From assembly GCA_964016885.1 (NCBI GenBank), contig OZ024740.1, positions 236,654,001-236,718,000 on the forward strand: a DNA stretch of 64,000 nucleotides, read 5' to 3'. Both the position numbers and the translations under genes were made by a program. Below, in pieces: positions 40,566 to 54,311 of this stretch. This DNA comes from Eledone cirrhosa. Lineage: Eukaryota. Each line of letters begins with the position of its first letter. Within the stretch, counting starts at the first letter, position 1. The notes beneath the pieces were generated by a model. It made no database searches and was not told the DNA's origin. It was given only the letters and a program-made list of their open reading frames with translations.

Positions 40566-40884
40566 TGTTCTGTGAAGGACAACTTTAGATTTAGGGGGGA
40601 AATTTAGAAGATTATCAAAGAATCAATAGTGACAGTCATCTGGTAGGTGATATAATGAGCATTAATACATAGATATATATTATATAATGACGCATACGTA
40701 TATATATGCATATATATATACAGAGAGAGAGAGGAGATAAATATATATATATATATAGAGAGAGAGAGGGAGATAGATAGATAGAGAGAGAGAGGGCACA
40801 GGTTGAAAAGAAGAAAGAGACAGAGAACACATTTATTGATAGAAATAGTCAGAATAGAATTATTGACAAACATAATGGTTTCTT

Positions 40885-41080
40885 ATATAGGCACAAGGCC
40901 AGCAATTTGGGGAGAGGGGAAGTCGATTAAATCGACTCTAGTGCGTGACTGGTACTTTATTTTATCGACCCCGTAAGGATGAAAGGCAAAGTTTACCTCG
41001 GCGGGATTGAACTCAGATCATAAAGGGCCATAACTCTATGCTGCAAAGCATGGTGTCCGACGCTCTACCGATTCTGCCAA
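40885..41080 (-). mobile_element. tRNA-derived SINE
   Basis: Reverse complement of the 23800 family. Confidence 0.8.
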
Positions 41081-41089
41081 CATAATGTT

Positions 41090-41335
41090 CACTCGTACAT
41101 CATCTTGTCGTTTGACATAAGCACAGTAGTTAGAGAGAGATCAAGATTGGTGAGCCGGACTAAGACGTCATTTGTTATATTACAGATTGCTTCAAGGCCG
41201 CCGGGAAAACGTCTGAGGGGGCAATCCCGAACAAAATGCAACACTGTCTGGTCAGGGTCCCCACAGTCACATGCTGGGCTGTCTTTCATTTTCCATTAAT
41301 AGAGATGATGGGCTGTCTTGGCATGTGTATTGCGG
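41090..41335 (-). mobile_element. 3' end of an I-group (Ingi/Vingi-like) LINE
   Basis: [32 protein letters not shown]-terminal CCHC knuckle. Confidence 0.55.
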
Positions 41336-41403
41336 ATCCGATTAAGGGACACCCATACATTATACACATGTATACACATATATATATATACATATATATA
41401 TAT

Positions 41404-41476
<73 letters not shown>

Positions 41477-41762
41477 TATTAGTGTGTGTGTGTGTGTATG
41501 GGGTTAAACGTAGTGTTTTATTCAAATATATATATATATATATACAATGATATTAAATAAATGGAAACTATATTTATAAAACCATATTTATTTTATTATA
41601 TACTAGCAGAATGGCCCAGCGTTACTCGGGATTTTCTCGAGGGTTCTTATATATTTGATATATATTTATCCTTATTGAGCCTCGTGAAATAAATACGTTT
41701 ATTTATATTTTGTTATTGTGTATGCAAAAATATCTGTACACGAATATATAATTATATATATA

Positions 41763-41906
41763 TCTCCTTATAATATATAACCAGCAATTTCTCTGTCTGT
41801 CTGTCCGACAGTGGAAACACGTGCGCGCGTGCGAATGTTTTTTGCGCACGCGTAGAGAGAGAGTGAGAGTGAAAGAAAGAGACAGACTACGAGAGGGGGA
41901 TAGCGG

Positions 41907-41951
<45 letters not shown>

Positions 41952-42108
41952 CGCTAAAACACGTGCGCGCGTGCGAATGTTTTTGCGCACGCGTAGAGAG
42001 AGAGTGAGAGTGAAAGAAAGAGACAGACTACAAGAGGGGGATAGCGGGAGGGAGTGAGGGGGGAATTGAGGAGTGCTACAGAAACATATATACATTTCTG
42101 TGTGTGTG

Positions 42109-42147
<39 letters not shown>

Positions 42148-43401
42148 GAAATATATATATATACACACAGAAATATATAGTATTAAGGATACTATTTATG
42201 GTTATGTATGTAATAAAACCTTTTATGGTTATATATTTTTTATACAAACCCTAAATAGTGAAAGATAGTCATTAATTACTATCATATTACCAGTAAGATA
42301 AATAGCTCAATGTAATAACATCGGTTGTTTTACAGAGCAGTTATATAAAGATTACAATAATCAAAGTTCAGTTTAAATCATTTATTTGCTTACAATTGTT
42401 TCCTCCAAACCGAGGTTTGGATTCTTCGGAGCAACTATTTAGTGATCTATAACATACTTGACCTCCTTTTCAACACAAGAGACATATAAAAACATATGCA
42501 CATATTGATCCACAGTGGGATGACATCCATCAAAATGATATAGCATGGCAATTTACATATAAAGGTTAAAGGATAAAGATAAAAATAAAAATAAAAATAA
42601 AAATGAAGCATTGGCAGTCTATGAAGATAAAGCAAGAGGAAAGTTTAGAGTAGTCAGTGTATGAAACAATCTCACGTGTAGCATGCACGCGTGTCTTATT
42701 TATACAGGATTAGAGTGCGTCAGAATGTTACTTGCAGGGTCAGGCAGTTGAAGCAGGCAATCGATATTATTCTGTGGGCTGAATTATTAAATCATTTTTT
42801 CGCATACACCTGTATGATATACAGTCCCGATATATATACATTTCTGTGTGTGTAATATATATATATATATACACACACACAGAAATATACATACATTTCT
42901 GTGTGTGTAATATATATATATATATACACACACACAGAAATATATATACATTTCTGTGTGTGTAATATATATATAGATATATATATATACACACACACAG
43001 AAATATATATACATTTCTGTGTGTGTAATATATATATATACTAGCAGAAAACCACCCGATGGGCGGTTTTCTGCTAGTCTCCTTATAATATATAACCAGC
43101 AATTTCTCTGTCTGTCTGTCCGACAGTGGAAACACGTGCGCGCGTGCGAATGTTTTTTGCGCACGCGTAGAGAGAGAGTGAGAGTGAAAGAAAGAGACAG
43201 ACTACGAGAGGGGGATAGCGGGAGGGAGAGAGGGGGAGAGAGTGAGTGAATAGACGCTAAAACACGTGCGCGCGTGCGAATATTTTTTGCGCACGCGTAG
43301 AGAGAGAGTGAGAGTGAAAGAAAGCGACGGACTACGAGAGGGGGATAGCGGGAGGGAGAGAGGGGGGAATTGAGGAGTGCACAGAAACATATATACATTT
43401 C

Positions 43402-43488
<87 letters not shown>

Positions 43489-43514
43489 CACACACAGAAA
43501 TGTATATATATTTC

Positions 43515-43577
<63 letters not shown>

Positions 43578-43920
43578 CACACACAGAAATGTATATATAT
43601 TTCTGTGTGTATATATATATATATATTACACACACAGAAATGTATATATATTTCTGTGTTTATATATATATATATATATTTCTGTGTGTGTGTATATATA
43701 TATATATTACACAAATTTGGTGGTTTTCTGCTAGTCTATATATCTAAAACAGAGAATGTCTGTCTGTCTGTCAGCTCACTAAAACTTGAGAACCACCCAA
43801 CCGATTGTTTTCAAACTTTACACATGTAATTCTTATGGTCCTGTGAGCGTTTTGAGCAAAAAATATTTCAAATTTTCAATGCCCTATGGACCGGATTAGG
43901 CGATTTAGCGATCTCTCTCT
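41763..43920 (+). mobile_element. Nested plus-strand Helitron-like units joined head to tail
   Basis: TC starts at 41763, 43078 and 43735; CTAG ends at 43077 and 43734; (TCTG)n near the 5' ends; internal tandem duplications. Confidence 0.68.
42386..42434 (-). ncRNA. Type-I hammerhead ribozyme, variant core
   Basis: TTGCT-CCGAAGA-aTCCAAACC tc GGTTTGGAg-GAAA-CAATTG-TA-AGCAA; the core has C in place of U4. Confidence 0.6.
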
Positions 43921-44769
43921 ATAATTCTTAGTCTTACTTTTTAGATAGATACATAGATATAACGTTGCGCCCTTATAATATCTGTCTGTATGTCTGGCTG
44001 TCTGCTCTGTTTCTTTCACTCTCACTCTTTCTCTTTATAACTCACTCACATTAATACTAAAGGGTTAAGGTATTGTTCTCAAAATAAATAATATTAAATC
44101 TATGAGATTTTTATATTATGTGAGATAAAGCCTTTACCATGAAAATAATATAGTATATATAGAGTAATGTAAATGCTAAAGGGTTAATTCCATCAGACCA
44201 TGTGAGAGAGTTTATAATCACTCACGCACACATACACACTCACGCATGCAAACTCTCACAAACTCACACAAACACGCGCGCACGTACACACACACACGCA
44301 ATAGTTATTCCACTGTCATGTATCTTTGACGCATACAACTCTCAAAAGACGGCGTTTGTCACTCTCACTCTCTCTCTCTCTCCCGCTATCCCCCTCTTTT
44401 AGTCTGTCTGTTTCTTTCACTCTCACTCTTTCTCTCTGTAACTCGTTCACATTTCTCCCCTCTATCGAAAAACGCTGTGACGAATGGGGAGAATGAGGGG
44501 GAGGAGTAGAGAACCACTTCTTCACTTCGCCTCTCCGTTTCTTTCTCTCCCCTCTCATTCCCTCATTATGTACAGACATTGGCCACTTCACTAATTCGAT
44601 CCCTAGGTCAGAATAATTTGAAATTTTTTTTTTGCTCAAAACACTTCCGGGGCCATACGGCATACGGGTTACATGTGTAAAGTTTGAAAAAAAAACGGTT
44701 CGGTACTTCTCGAGTTTTAGGGAAACAGGCATACAGACAGACATCCTCTGTTTTATATATATATATAGA

Positions 44770-44819
44770 TATTTCAAGGGTAACCAAGACAACATTGGTA
44801 CGCTTTCATCAGATAAAAT
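44770..44819 (-). ncRNA. Type-I hammerhead, 5' part; the 3' part lies at 41590-41602
   Basis: ATTTTAT-CTGATGA-stem II-GAAATA | Helitron | TATATA-ATAAAAT. Confidence 0.72.
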
Positions 44820-45293
44820 ACAAAGTTTGTTTTATAAATAGAGACATACCCATGAAAATCATACCTTATCGGTTGGAAATTCACTGGATAGTGGAAATAT
44901 ATTAGGGATTATTCAAACTTATGTGTGAATATGGAAATGAATATGTAAATAATTGAAAAACAACCGTTTATTTAAATGACACTGGAGAAAGAGAGAGAAA
45001 AAAAATATAAGTGGATAAAGATAAAAAATATTACGAGAGAGATAGAGAGATGAAATTAACAAGAGGATGAATAAACTCATCTAACGTTAATTTGGGGAAA
45101 ATATATTCTAAGTATATATCTAATAGTACGTGTATTTAAATTCTTTTCTAATATAATATTTTCTGTTATAAGTATATAGAAAAATAAATATATATAAATG
45201 AAGTATTTCCGTCGGAAAGGTACAGGAAAAAAGAGTGCTCTATGTAGGCTACAGAACTTATTAGTTTTGTAATAAAAAACATAAGATAATTAT

Positions 45294-45354
45294 TTCATTT
45301 ATCAGTGGTTTCTTGAAGGCAGATGTTGTGTCTGTCTTCAGTCGTCAGAATGAA
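45294..45354 (-). ncRNA. Type-I hammerhead ribozyme motif
   Basis: TTCATT-CTGACGA-stem II-GAAA-CCACTGA-TA-AATGAA. Confidence 0.68.
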
Positions 45355-45794
45355 TAAATAACATGGTGTTTTTATTAAATATGGATTTGAAAACAAAATT
45401 TAGGAAATATAAAAGTGAGGCTGAAAAAAACGGGCAAAAAGGAAATAGGGAAAAAAAAATTATAAAAAATATATATAAAAAAAAAATGAATATCCAGAAC
45501 ATAAACATACACACTCAACTACGCGCATATACGTAATAGTACGTAGACGTATACTTTCTCACATAAGTGTATTTGCGTCTACATAGAAATACGAACAGGA
45601 ACATAAATACATCCACATACATATACACAGATATATATGCACTCAAATATGTACACACAAATACACACGCACACATATAAAAAAGGGGGTGTACACACAC
45701 AGATAAACATACATACATACAAACACAAAAACACAAAAACAAAAAGCTCTATACATACGCGCACGTGTATATACACATACACATACACATACAC

Positions 45795-45826
<32 letters not shown>

Positions 45827-45916
45827 GTACACACACATACCCATACACACATATATACAAGCATACACACACACACATACACATATACATATATATATAA
45901 ACACACATACATACAT

Positions 45917-46021
<105 letters not shown>

Positions 46022-46447
46022 GTTCAAGAGTAACCAATCTTAAAGAGAGAGATGGGTATAGGAGAGGAGATAGGAGAGGAGAGATTGGTGAGTTAGTTAG
46101 AAGCCAAAGCGTAAAGGCATGTGCTCAATGTGCAATATGCAGTAGAAAGCAGCTAGGTGGCTGGGTTCATGCAGAAGTTAGGCGCGCAGAGCTGGAAAAT
46201 ATTCATTAGTTAAGCAAAACAAGACCACAAATTTCACAAGGAAGACATTATTAAAAGATTGTCAACATATTTTAGTTTGATGTAAGGAATGTAGAGAATA
46301 ATAATAATAATATTAATAATAATAATGTCCGCTTACAATTGTTTCGCTACTCCATATTATATTTCTGGATCAGATGACTATATATCATTATTGATCTGGT
46401 TCAGTTGAAAATAATTAACATATTTAAATATATATATATATATACAC

Positions 46448-46482
<35 letters not shown>

Positions 46483-46590
46483 TATATACATGTATATATA
46501 CCTATACACACATACAAACACACAACACACACACACATATATGTATATATATATATAAAATAAATATACATACATATATATATATATATG

Positions 46591-46664
<74 letters not shown>

Positions 46665-46667
<3 letters not shown>

Positions 46668-47272
46668 TGGCTGCCAACTCGTTTTCGAGTACGGCCACTA
46701 CTTTATATCCATGTAGGAGAACCCCTACTGATGCGCTGAACGAGTGTGACTTTTTAGTCCAGCCAGCGACTTGAAAGCTCTGGTACAAACACTACACTTG
46801 TGACAATTATTGACACATAGTGCTGGGCCCATGGTACCATGTGACGACAAATGCAGAGAGATCTCCAGATATAAAGCAATGCCTGTGCCGTGAAGCTTTT
46901 ATAGTGAGCAAAGGCACTGCACAAAGCCAGTCCCACTCTCTTAACCAAGATGATATTTACCAAAAAGAAGAACAAGTCAACATCATTGGATACCATCAGG
47001 GTTGCAGGTGTTATATCAGAGTTTTCCTTCTCCTAGAATTCTGCCTTGACAAAGGCTAAGGGGTCATCTCTCCCGGTGATTTTGGATGGCCATTGACTCT
47101 TAAGAGCTCCTTTGCCTTTTGACAGGTTTTGTTTTTAGTCCTGCAGGATGTCCAAAGTCACCCTCCTCACCAAGAAACCTTGGTGGGGTTGCCAGTTTAG
47201 TCGCCAACGACCCGACCATGGGACAGGTTGTACTGGAATACATGTTACCAGTAGCACCAACTGGTGACCTGA
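46665..47272 (-). mobile_element. Probable LINE 5' UTR fragment inserted in a TA/CA microsatellite
   Basis: GC-richer block with sharp borders; it interrupts the repeat that is contiguous in the inverted copy at 51230-51430. Confidence 0.4.
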
Positions 47273-47557
47273 CATACATATATATACATACATATATACA
47301 CACAGACATATATATACGCATACATACATATACACACACATCCACATACATACACATACAAAAAAGAACCTACAATAAATTAGATAGTTGAATCTCAAAG
47401 GTACATAACCCACGTACATACGTATACATACGCGCGCGCACACACGCACGCAATAAAAAAATCAACACACGCATACATATAAACATATACGTAAATCCAT
47501 ACACATATATACAAAAACATATATACGTACACACACACACACACACATATATATATA

Positions 47558-47612
<55 letters not shown>

Positions 47613-48059
47613 TGTATACATAAAAATACATACACACAAACACATATAAAAATACACACACACATACACGTGCGTATGTGTGTGCATAAACATATAGGCA
47701 GACAAACTATAAATATGCACACGCTCGCAGGTGGGAGTATAAAAAATAAAAAAAATGAAAAAAATGAAAAAAATGAAAAAATGATATACTTCAGAAGACT
47801 TGTCGAGTGCTTCGAATCAGTTAAAATTATATATTTTTGTAGAATAACCGACCCGACAAAATAAATATCCCTATGCTTATAAATACGCGTACATATATAT
47901 ATATACATATATTCATATATACATGTATTGAAATTGGCCTTGCGAGTAAAAAAACTTAAGAAAAATAATACTTCAAATAAGAACTATGACTGACTTATCT
48001 CAATGGTTTTAACATTTATGTTATTTCTTGGTTTAATAATATACAAGGAAAAAATAAGT

Positions 48060-50152
48060 GTAGATTTACCCAATTTGATATTGTTGATTTTTACCCCTCT
48101 ATCACAGAATCCTTATTAACTAAAGCCTTAGATTTTGCTAGACTTTTCATTAATATTTCTAAATTAGAAGAAGACGTTATCTTTCATGCTAGGAAAACAC
48201 TAGTCTTTGCTAATGAAGGTACTTGGGTTAAAAAATCAAGCCCTGAAAACTCTTTTGATGTTGCGATGGCTCATATGATAGTGCCGATGTGCGCGACTTA
48301 GTAGGATTATTCCTCCTCCACACCCTTAAAGAGAAATTTCCTTGCCATACGACGGTTTGGCAGTTTCTCATACCACCAACGGCCATAACCTTGATAAATT
48401 CCGTAAAGACTTAATCAATACCTTTGCTAACCTAAACCTTAAAATTACTATAGATACGAATCTTACTAATACTAACTTTCTTGATATCAATCTTGACCTA
48501 CTTACCGCCTCTTTTGAACCTTATCATAAACCTAATGAAAATTTAAGATATATACACAAAGAGTCTTGCCATCCCCCTATAGTCTTTAAAAATCTTATTC
48601 CTAACATTAGCCGTAGGATTTCTACCTTATCTTCGTCTATAGACATATTTAACAAAGCCGCCCCTTATTATAAAAAGGCCCTCAATAACAGCGGCTTCAC
48701 CGAACAAATTAAATATTTACCTACTCCTCCTTCGAACACTAAACACAATAACAGGAAAAGAAAAATTATTTGGTTTACACCCCGCTTCTCTCTAACTGTT
48801 AAAACTAACGTAGGAAGAAAATTCCTCCCCCTAAGCATAGATATAATAAGATATTCAATAGAAATGTAGTTAAAATCAGCTACTCTTGCTGTCCATCAAT
48901 GAAAACTAAAATTATCAACTCTAATGGTACTAGAGTAAATCCAAGATGCAGTTGCAGGAAGCCGGAAGAATGTCCATTACAGGGTAAATGTAATACCAAA
49001 TCTATTGTGTATGAGGCCAAATTGACACCGATGATTAATAACCAGCCAGCCAGGAGTGAACGATATGTGGCATGACTCAGGACAGATTTAAAACCAGGTA
49101 CTATGCACATCTCGCTTCTTTCAAACACCCTGATAAAAAGAACAGCAACGGCGCTGGCAAATAAAGTGTGGGAGTTTAAAGACAAAAACATTCCGTACAC
49201 TATAGATTGGTCTATTTTAGACCATTCAAGAGAATACCAAAGGGGCGCAAAGAAATGTTCTTTGTGTACTATGGAAAAATTTAGAATTCTCCAAAACTTG
49301 AAAACCCCTCCCACTTGTCTCAACTCTAAGACCGAGATCTTTAGATGTTGTCCGCACCTGAAATCGCATCTACTTTTTAACTGGATTAACGCACTCAACC
49401 ACCTTGAGCTTCTTCTTTACTTATCACGCCTTCCACTCACTACCAATATCATCACCTTATGAACACATACTTTCTACCAATATATATACTTTTCCCCCTC
49501 ATCTCTTTCTATATATATATATATATATATATATTTTTTCATTTGACTTATAAATCCCACCCCCTATTTTCTACCATACCTTTAACACACACACCCACCA
49601 CCTTCACCCTTTACCCAGATCACTTTTTAACTATATACCCTTATCCAGATCTCATCACAAACACTCACTCTCTACTATAACTTTTACACCTCTTTTCTCC
49701 CTTACCTGTTCTTATAAATTGTTTTTATTAATTGATCTCAGTTTTACTCCCCCTTGTGCTTACTTACCCACTAGGTTTTAAGTGTACTCACATAAGGTTG
49801 TATGTGGGCGCATATGCAGACAGGCTTATGTGTACATACATATATACGTGTTTTTTATTATTATTATATTGTATGTGTGTGTGTGTGAGGGGGGTATATA
49901 TATATCCCTGGATAACTTGAACCGTTAAGGTCATGTCAAATATTTATAAACATTTTGTATTTTATCTGATGATAACGTACCAAAATTGTTGGTACGCATG
50001 AAATATATATAATAGAATAAATATGGTTTTATAAATATAGTTTCCATTTATTTAATATCAATTGAATACTTACTCCAGAAAACTGTCGCGTGCTTTGAAT
50101 CAGTTTTGTAAACATCTATATTTGTTGGATTTCCAACAAATTAAATATCTCT
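48060..50152 (+). mobile_element. Penelope-like element (probably Naiad-type), degraded RT + GIY-YIG + 3' hammerhead
   Basis: QFDIVDFYPSI, FDVAM(G)SYD, NFLDINL, KRKIIWF, CSCRKPEECPL...C, IVYEA...YVG, CSLC...CPH; ends at (CA)n(TA)n. Confidence 0.85.
49961..50016 (+). ncRNA. Type-I hammerhead ribozyme motif
   Basis: TTTAT-CTGATGA-..CGTACCAA aattg TTGGTACG..-GAAA-TATATA-TA-ATAGA; predicted cut after 50011. Confidence 0.72.
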
Positions 50153-50155
50153 TAT

Positions 50156-50226
<71 letters not shown>

Positions 50227-50230
<4 letters not shown>

Positions 50231-50352
50231 AACAAGTAAGACCCCGACGGCTGAGCTCAAGCCGTTTCGACGGCTAATTCTGTACTGGATTCAGTACAGA
50301 ATTAGCCGTCGAAACGGCTTGAGCTCAGCCGTCGGGGTCTTACTTTTTCCTA
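50227..50352. repeat. 126-bp near-perfect palindrome containing the 3' half of a hammerhead
   Basis: Arms 50227-50287 and 50292-50352, one mismatch; GAAA-CGGCTTGAGCTCAGCCG-TC in the right arm. Confidence 0.9.
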
Positions 50353-50431
50353 TTACCCACTCTACTACCCTAAGTATTGAGTACTTTGGTGCGTTATGGT
50401 CCACCTGGTTCCTTACCACATTTCCTTCGTT

Positions 50432-50474
<43 letters not shown>

Positions 50475-50492
50475 TATATTGAGTATTAATAT

Positions 50493-50609
<117 letters not shown>

Positions 50610-50974
50610 TTATATATATGTGTATATATTTATGTGTATGTGTATATACATGTATGTGTATGTGGACGCGTATTTATAAGCATAGGGATATTTATTTTGT
50701 CGGTTATTCTACAAAAATATATCATTTTAACTGATTCGAAGCACTCGACAAGTCTTCTGGAGTATAATATCATTTTTTCATTTTTTCATTTTTTTGGTAC
50801 CCCCCTTTTTACACTCCCACCTGCGAGCGTGTGTGTATTTATAGCTTGTCTGCCTATATGTTTATGCACACACACACGTGTATGTGTGTGTATGTGTATA
50901 GGTGTTTGTGTGTGTGTGTGTTTATGCATACATGTGTGTGTGTGTATACATATATATATATATGTGTGTGTATA

Positions 50975-51061
<87 letters not shown>

Positions 51062-51298
51062 ATGTGTGTGTATGTGTATGTATATATGTTTTTGAATATA
51101 TGTGTATGTGTGTATGGATTTACATATATGTTTATATGTATGCGTGTGTTGATGTTTTTATTGCGTGCGTGTGTGCGCGCGCGTATGTATACGTATGTAA
51201 GTGGGTTATGTACCTTTGAGATTCATCTATCTAATTTATTGTAGGGTTTTTGTATGTGTATGTATGTGGATGTGTGTGTATATGTATGTATGTATGTG

Positions 51299-51331
<33 letters not shown>

Positions 51332-51429
51332 ATATGTATATATATATATGTATGTATATTTATTTTATATATATATACATATATGTGTGTGTATTTGTAT
51401 GTGTGTATAGCTATATATACATGTATATG

Positions 51430-53423
51430 TAAATCATCCACGTCTTTATCACAGCTCATATGGTCATTAAAAGAGAAGAATTTAAAATACTCCATTCTTT
51501 GGACAAAACTGTGGAATTTACCGCAACTCTAGTATATCAAATAACTGCTCGCTCTATACAATGGAGACCCTGTTGATTATTAATAACTATGAGACCCTAA
51601 TTAACAAAAAAAGTGAATTATTCTCTAGTTGCCTCCATAAAGCTACGTCCACTTTTTTAGCCTCACATAAAACGAGAAAAAAAGAGGCAATAACACCAAA
51701 CCAATAATAACTCGGTTACCAGGAATATATAATCAACAGTGAAAAACATTAATATTGCTTTATATTATAGCTATCTATAGAAGAAACAACGCTCGAATGA
51801 ATGACACTTGTTCAATAACATGCCGGAACATTGATACACATAACATTATTTTGTTAACTTTGATCAATACCATCATTTCTTTATTTCTCTATTTCTCTAT
51901 CTATCTTCCAATCTATGCTTATAATTTAGTATAATACCTAATCCTTACATATTTACGGAATTTATCTATAACTGTGAATTTTTAATACATTTTTGATCTC
52001 TTTTAAATTTTAGTTTAATACCCAATCCATCAATTTTTATGGAACTTATCTATAAGTGAATTTTTAATGAGTATTTGATCTCTTATTTATAGTATAATAT
52101 AATATAGTATATGCATATATTTCTTTTAAATATATTTACTGCACTTTAAAATCTAAAATTTAAGACAGATTCAAACTTATATATAAATGTGAATTTTTGC
52201 TGCGCTTTTGATCTCTTATTTATAATATAATGTATTATAATATGTATGTAGTTATATATTATATTTTATATATTTTTAAATATACCTACCACATTTCTAT
52301 ATATATATATGATTCAAATATAGAGAAAATATCCAAACTAAAAATTATTATAGAAATTATTTTGAACTCTGAATTATCCATGAACTCATTATTGTTTTTC
52401 TTATATATATATATATATATGTATGTATTTGAATATAACACGTTGAACTCTACTTTATAAAATTATAACTGTTATCATTTACCTAAAGTATACTACACTA
52501 CTAATACCTAATATATATACCTCCCTATATCTAATATGTTGATATCTTGGTTGAAGAATAATTAGTACATTTACAGCAAGTTATACATAGGTGTATATTT
52601 ATCCTTAACATGCCTCAATCTATTATCTTATTTTATTTTTATCTTCGTCGTTATTATTTACCTTAAACATACTGGCTCATTAATATATACCTATATACAT
52701 AATAGTTATTTAAATATCTATAACAATAAGTACTTCAAAAGCTTTACATACCTAATATGTTGGTATCTTTGTTAAAGTTTAAATTTAGGTAAATAATCAA
52801 CAACTTATCGAATTTATAAAAATAATATATAAATAACCAGCAAATAATCATGAAATCTGGAGTCTTCACCCTAATATTATAAATTAAATATTTTCAAATT
52901 TAAGTGTTTAACTTTCGGAAAAAATCTCCTTCTGCATATATCCCACCCTTTATCTTTCCCTCTTTATAAATCCTTTTCCAGTGGCCATCAGTGGCTGTTA
53001 TGATTCATGAGACGTTTTCCTAGATATATCGTAGTATCATACATTTTAAAACCTTTAGAACAGTTATAGTAAGCAACGTTTTTTCTTACTCACACATTCT
53101 CTAATGAATTTATTACGTTTTCGCATTTTCTCATAATTAGGCTATATATGTAAAATTTTCTCTTGGGTTAATCACTACCTTGATTAAATCTTAACCATTT
53201 AACATCTCAGGGTATGTTATGTATCATTATATTTTGTCTGATGAGGACGTACTGTTGTACATCCGAAATATGTATAATAAAATGTAATTGATCAAAAGAA
53301 CATCTATTTTATTAATATTTATATTTTAATATTAATAACTCCAGAAAATTATTTTACCGTAGAGTGCTTCCAATCTACTGTAAAACTAATTCTTTGACAT
53401 AATCATTGAATATCGTTTAACAC

Positions 53424-53427
<4 letters not shown>
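51430..53427 (+). mobile_element. Penelope-like element 3' fragment: end of GIY-YIG, long 3' UTR, hammerhead and tail
   Basis: STSLSQLIWSLKEKNLKYSILW...INKKSELFSSCLHK; hammerhead at 53231; ends at (TA)n. Confidence 0.7.
53231..53283 (+). ncRNA. Type-I hammerhead ribozyme (best-formed copy)
   Basis: ATTTTGT-CTGATGA-GGACGTAC tgtt GTACATCC-GAAA-TATGTA-TA-ATAAAAT; predicted cut after 53276. Confidence 0.82.
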
Positions 53428-53488
<61 letters not shown>

Positions 53489-53692
53489 TATCGTGTGTAT
53501 TTTTTTATTTTTAAGCTGTTTTTATTTATTCCCCCCCCCCCCCCCCCCCACACACACACACTCTCACACCTTTCGTTGTCAACACCACGTCCCCGCTTTG
53601 ACTCTATTTTGATTTTCTTTTCGATTTTGATTTTCTTATATATATATTTTCTTATATAATATAAAATCAAAAGATGGTTAAAAGAGTTCCAT

Positions 53693-53760
53693 GTATATTA
53701 TGCGCATTTCAAAAACAAATATCATCATGGGATGATATTTGCGTTCTCATCAGATAAAAT
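53693..53760 (-). ncRNA. Type-I hammerhead motif within a pseudo-LTR fragment (53645-54012)
   Basis: ATTTTAT-CTGATGA-long stem II-GAAA-TGCGCA-TA; direct copy of 60870-61210. Confidence 0.72.
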
Positions 53761-54200
53761 AGGGGAACATGATATGAAGCTTAAAAAACACTTGCGAGCA
53801 GTGAAGTGTTAAATCAACATATGAAAAATAAAATAAGAGGGATATATAAGATTGGAAAAAAGGAAAGGAAGAGGGAAAGAAAATGTAAGGAAGAGGAAGA
53901 AAAAATATAGATAGAAGAAAAAAATATAATAATAAGGAAAGGATGACGGAGGAGGAGTATAAGAAGGAAGGATGAGAGAGGAGAAGAAAATGAGTGAGAG
54001 AGAGAGAGATAATATCCGATATTTGCATTGCTTTATTGTGCTACAATAAAACTTACCTCCTACATATTTTCTTATATATATATATAAATATTTTTTTGTG
54101 TTCTTATTTATTTATTTAGTTATTTCTGTTTATAAACTACTTCCCAATGACACGTACATATTGATACGTGCTTGTGCATGTGTATGTATGTATGTATATG

Positions 54201-54311
<111 letters not shown>

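Larger units (their letters stand above)
41603..44769 (-). mobile_element. Non-autonomous Helitron-like composite
   Basis: Minus-strand 5' A|TCTATAT at 44769; 3' hairpin CCCGAG-TAACG-CTGGG followed by CTAG|T at 41603; removing it restores a hammerhead. Confidence 0.78.

Noticed and set aside
42830-43710. CRISPR-like regularly spaced repeats
   Set aside because: The spacers are only variable (TA)n within a eukaryotic Helitron-like element; there are no cas genes.
46329-46410. Additional complete hammerhead on the minus strand
   Set aside because: GAAA-CAATTG-TA is present, but the matching CUGANGA/stem I half is missing or degenerate (CTGAACCA); counted only as a half.
48940-49380. Possible selenocysteine (in-frame TGA) in the PLE endonuclease, as reported for some Naiad elements
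   Set aside because: The conserved Cys positions that are present in the PLE copies are TGT/TGC. The TGA near 49074 arises from a frameshift in YVG-MTQ.
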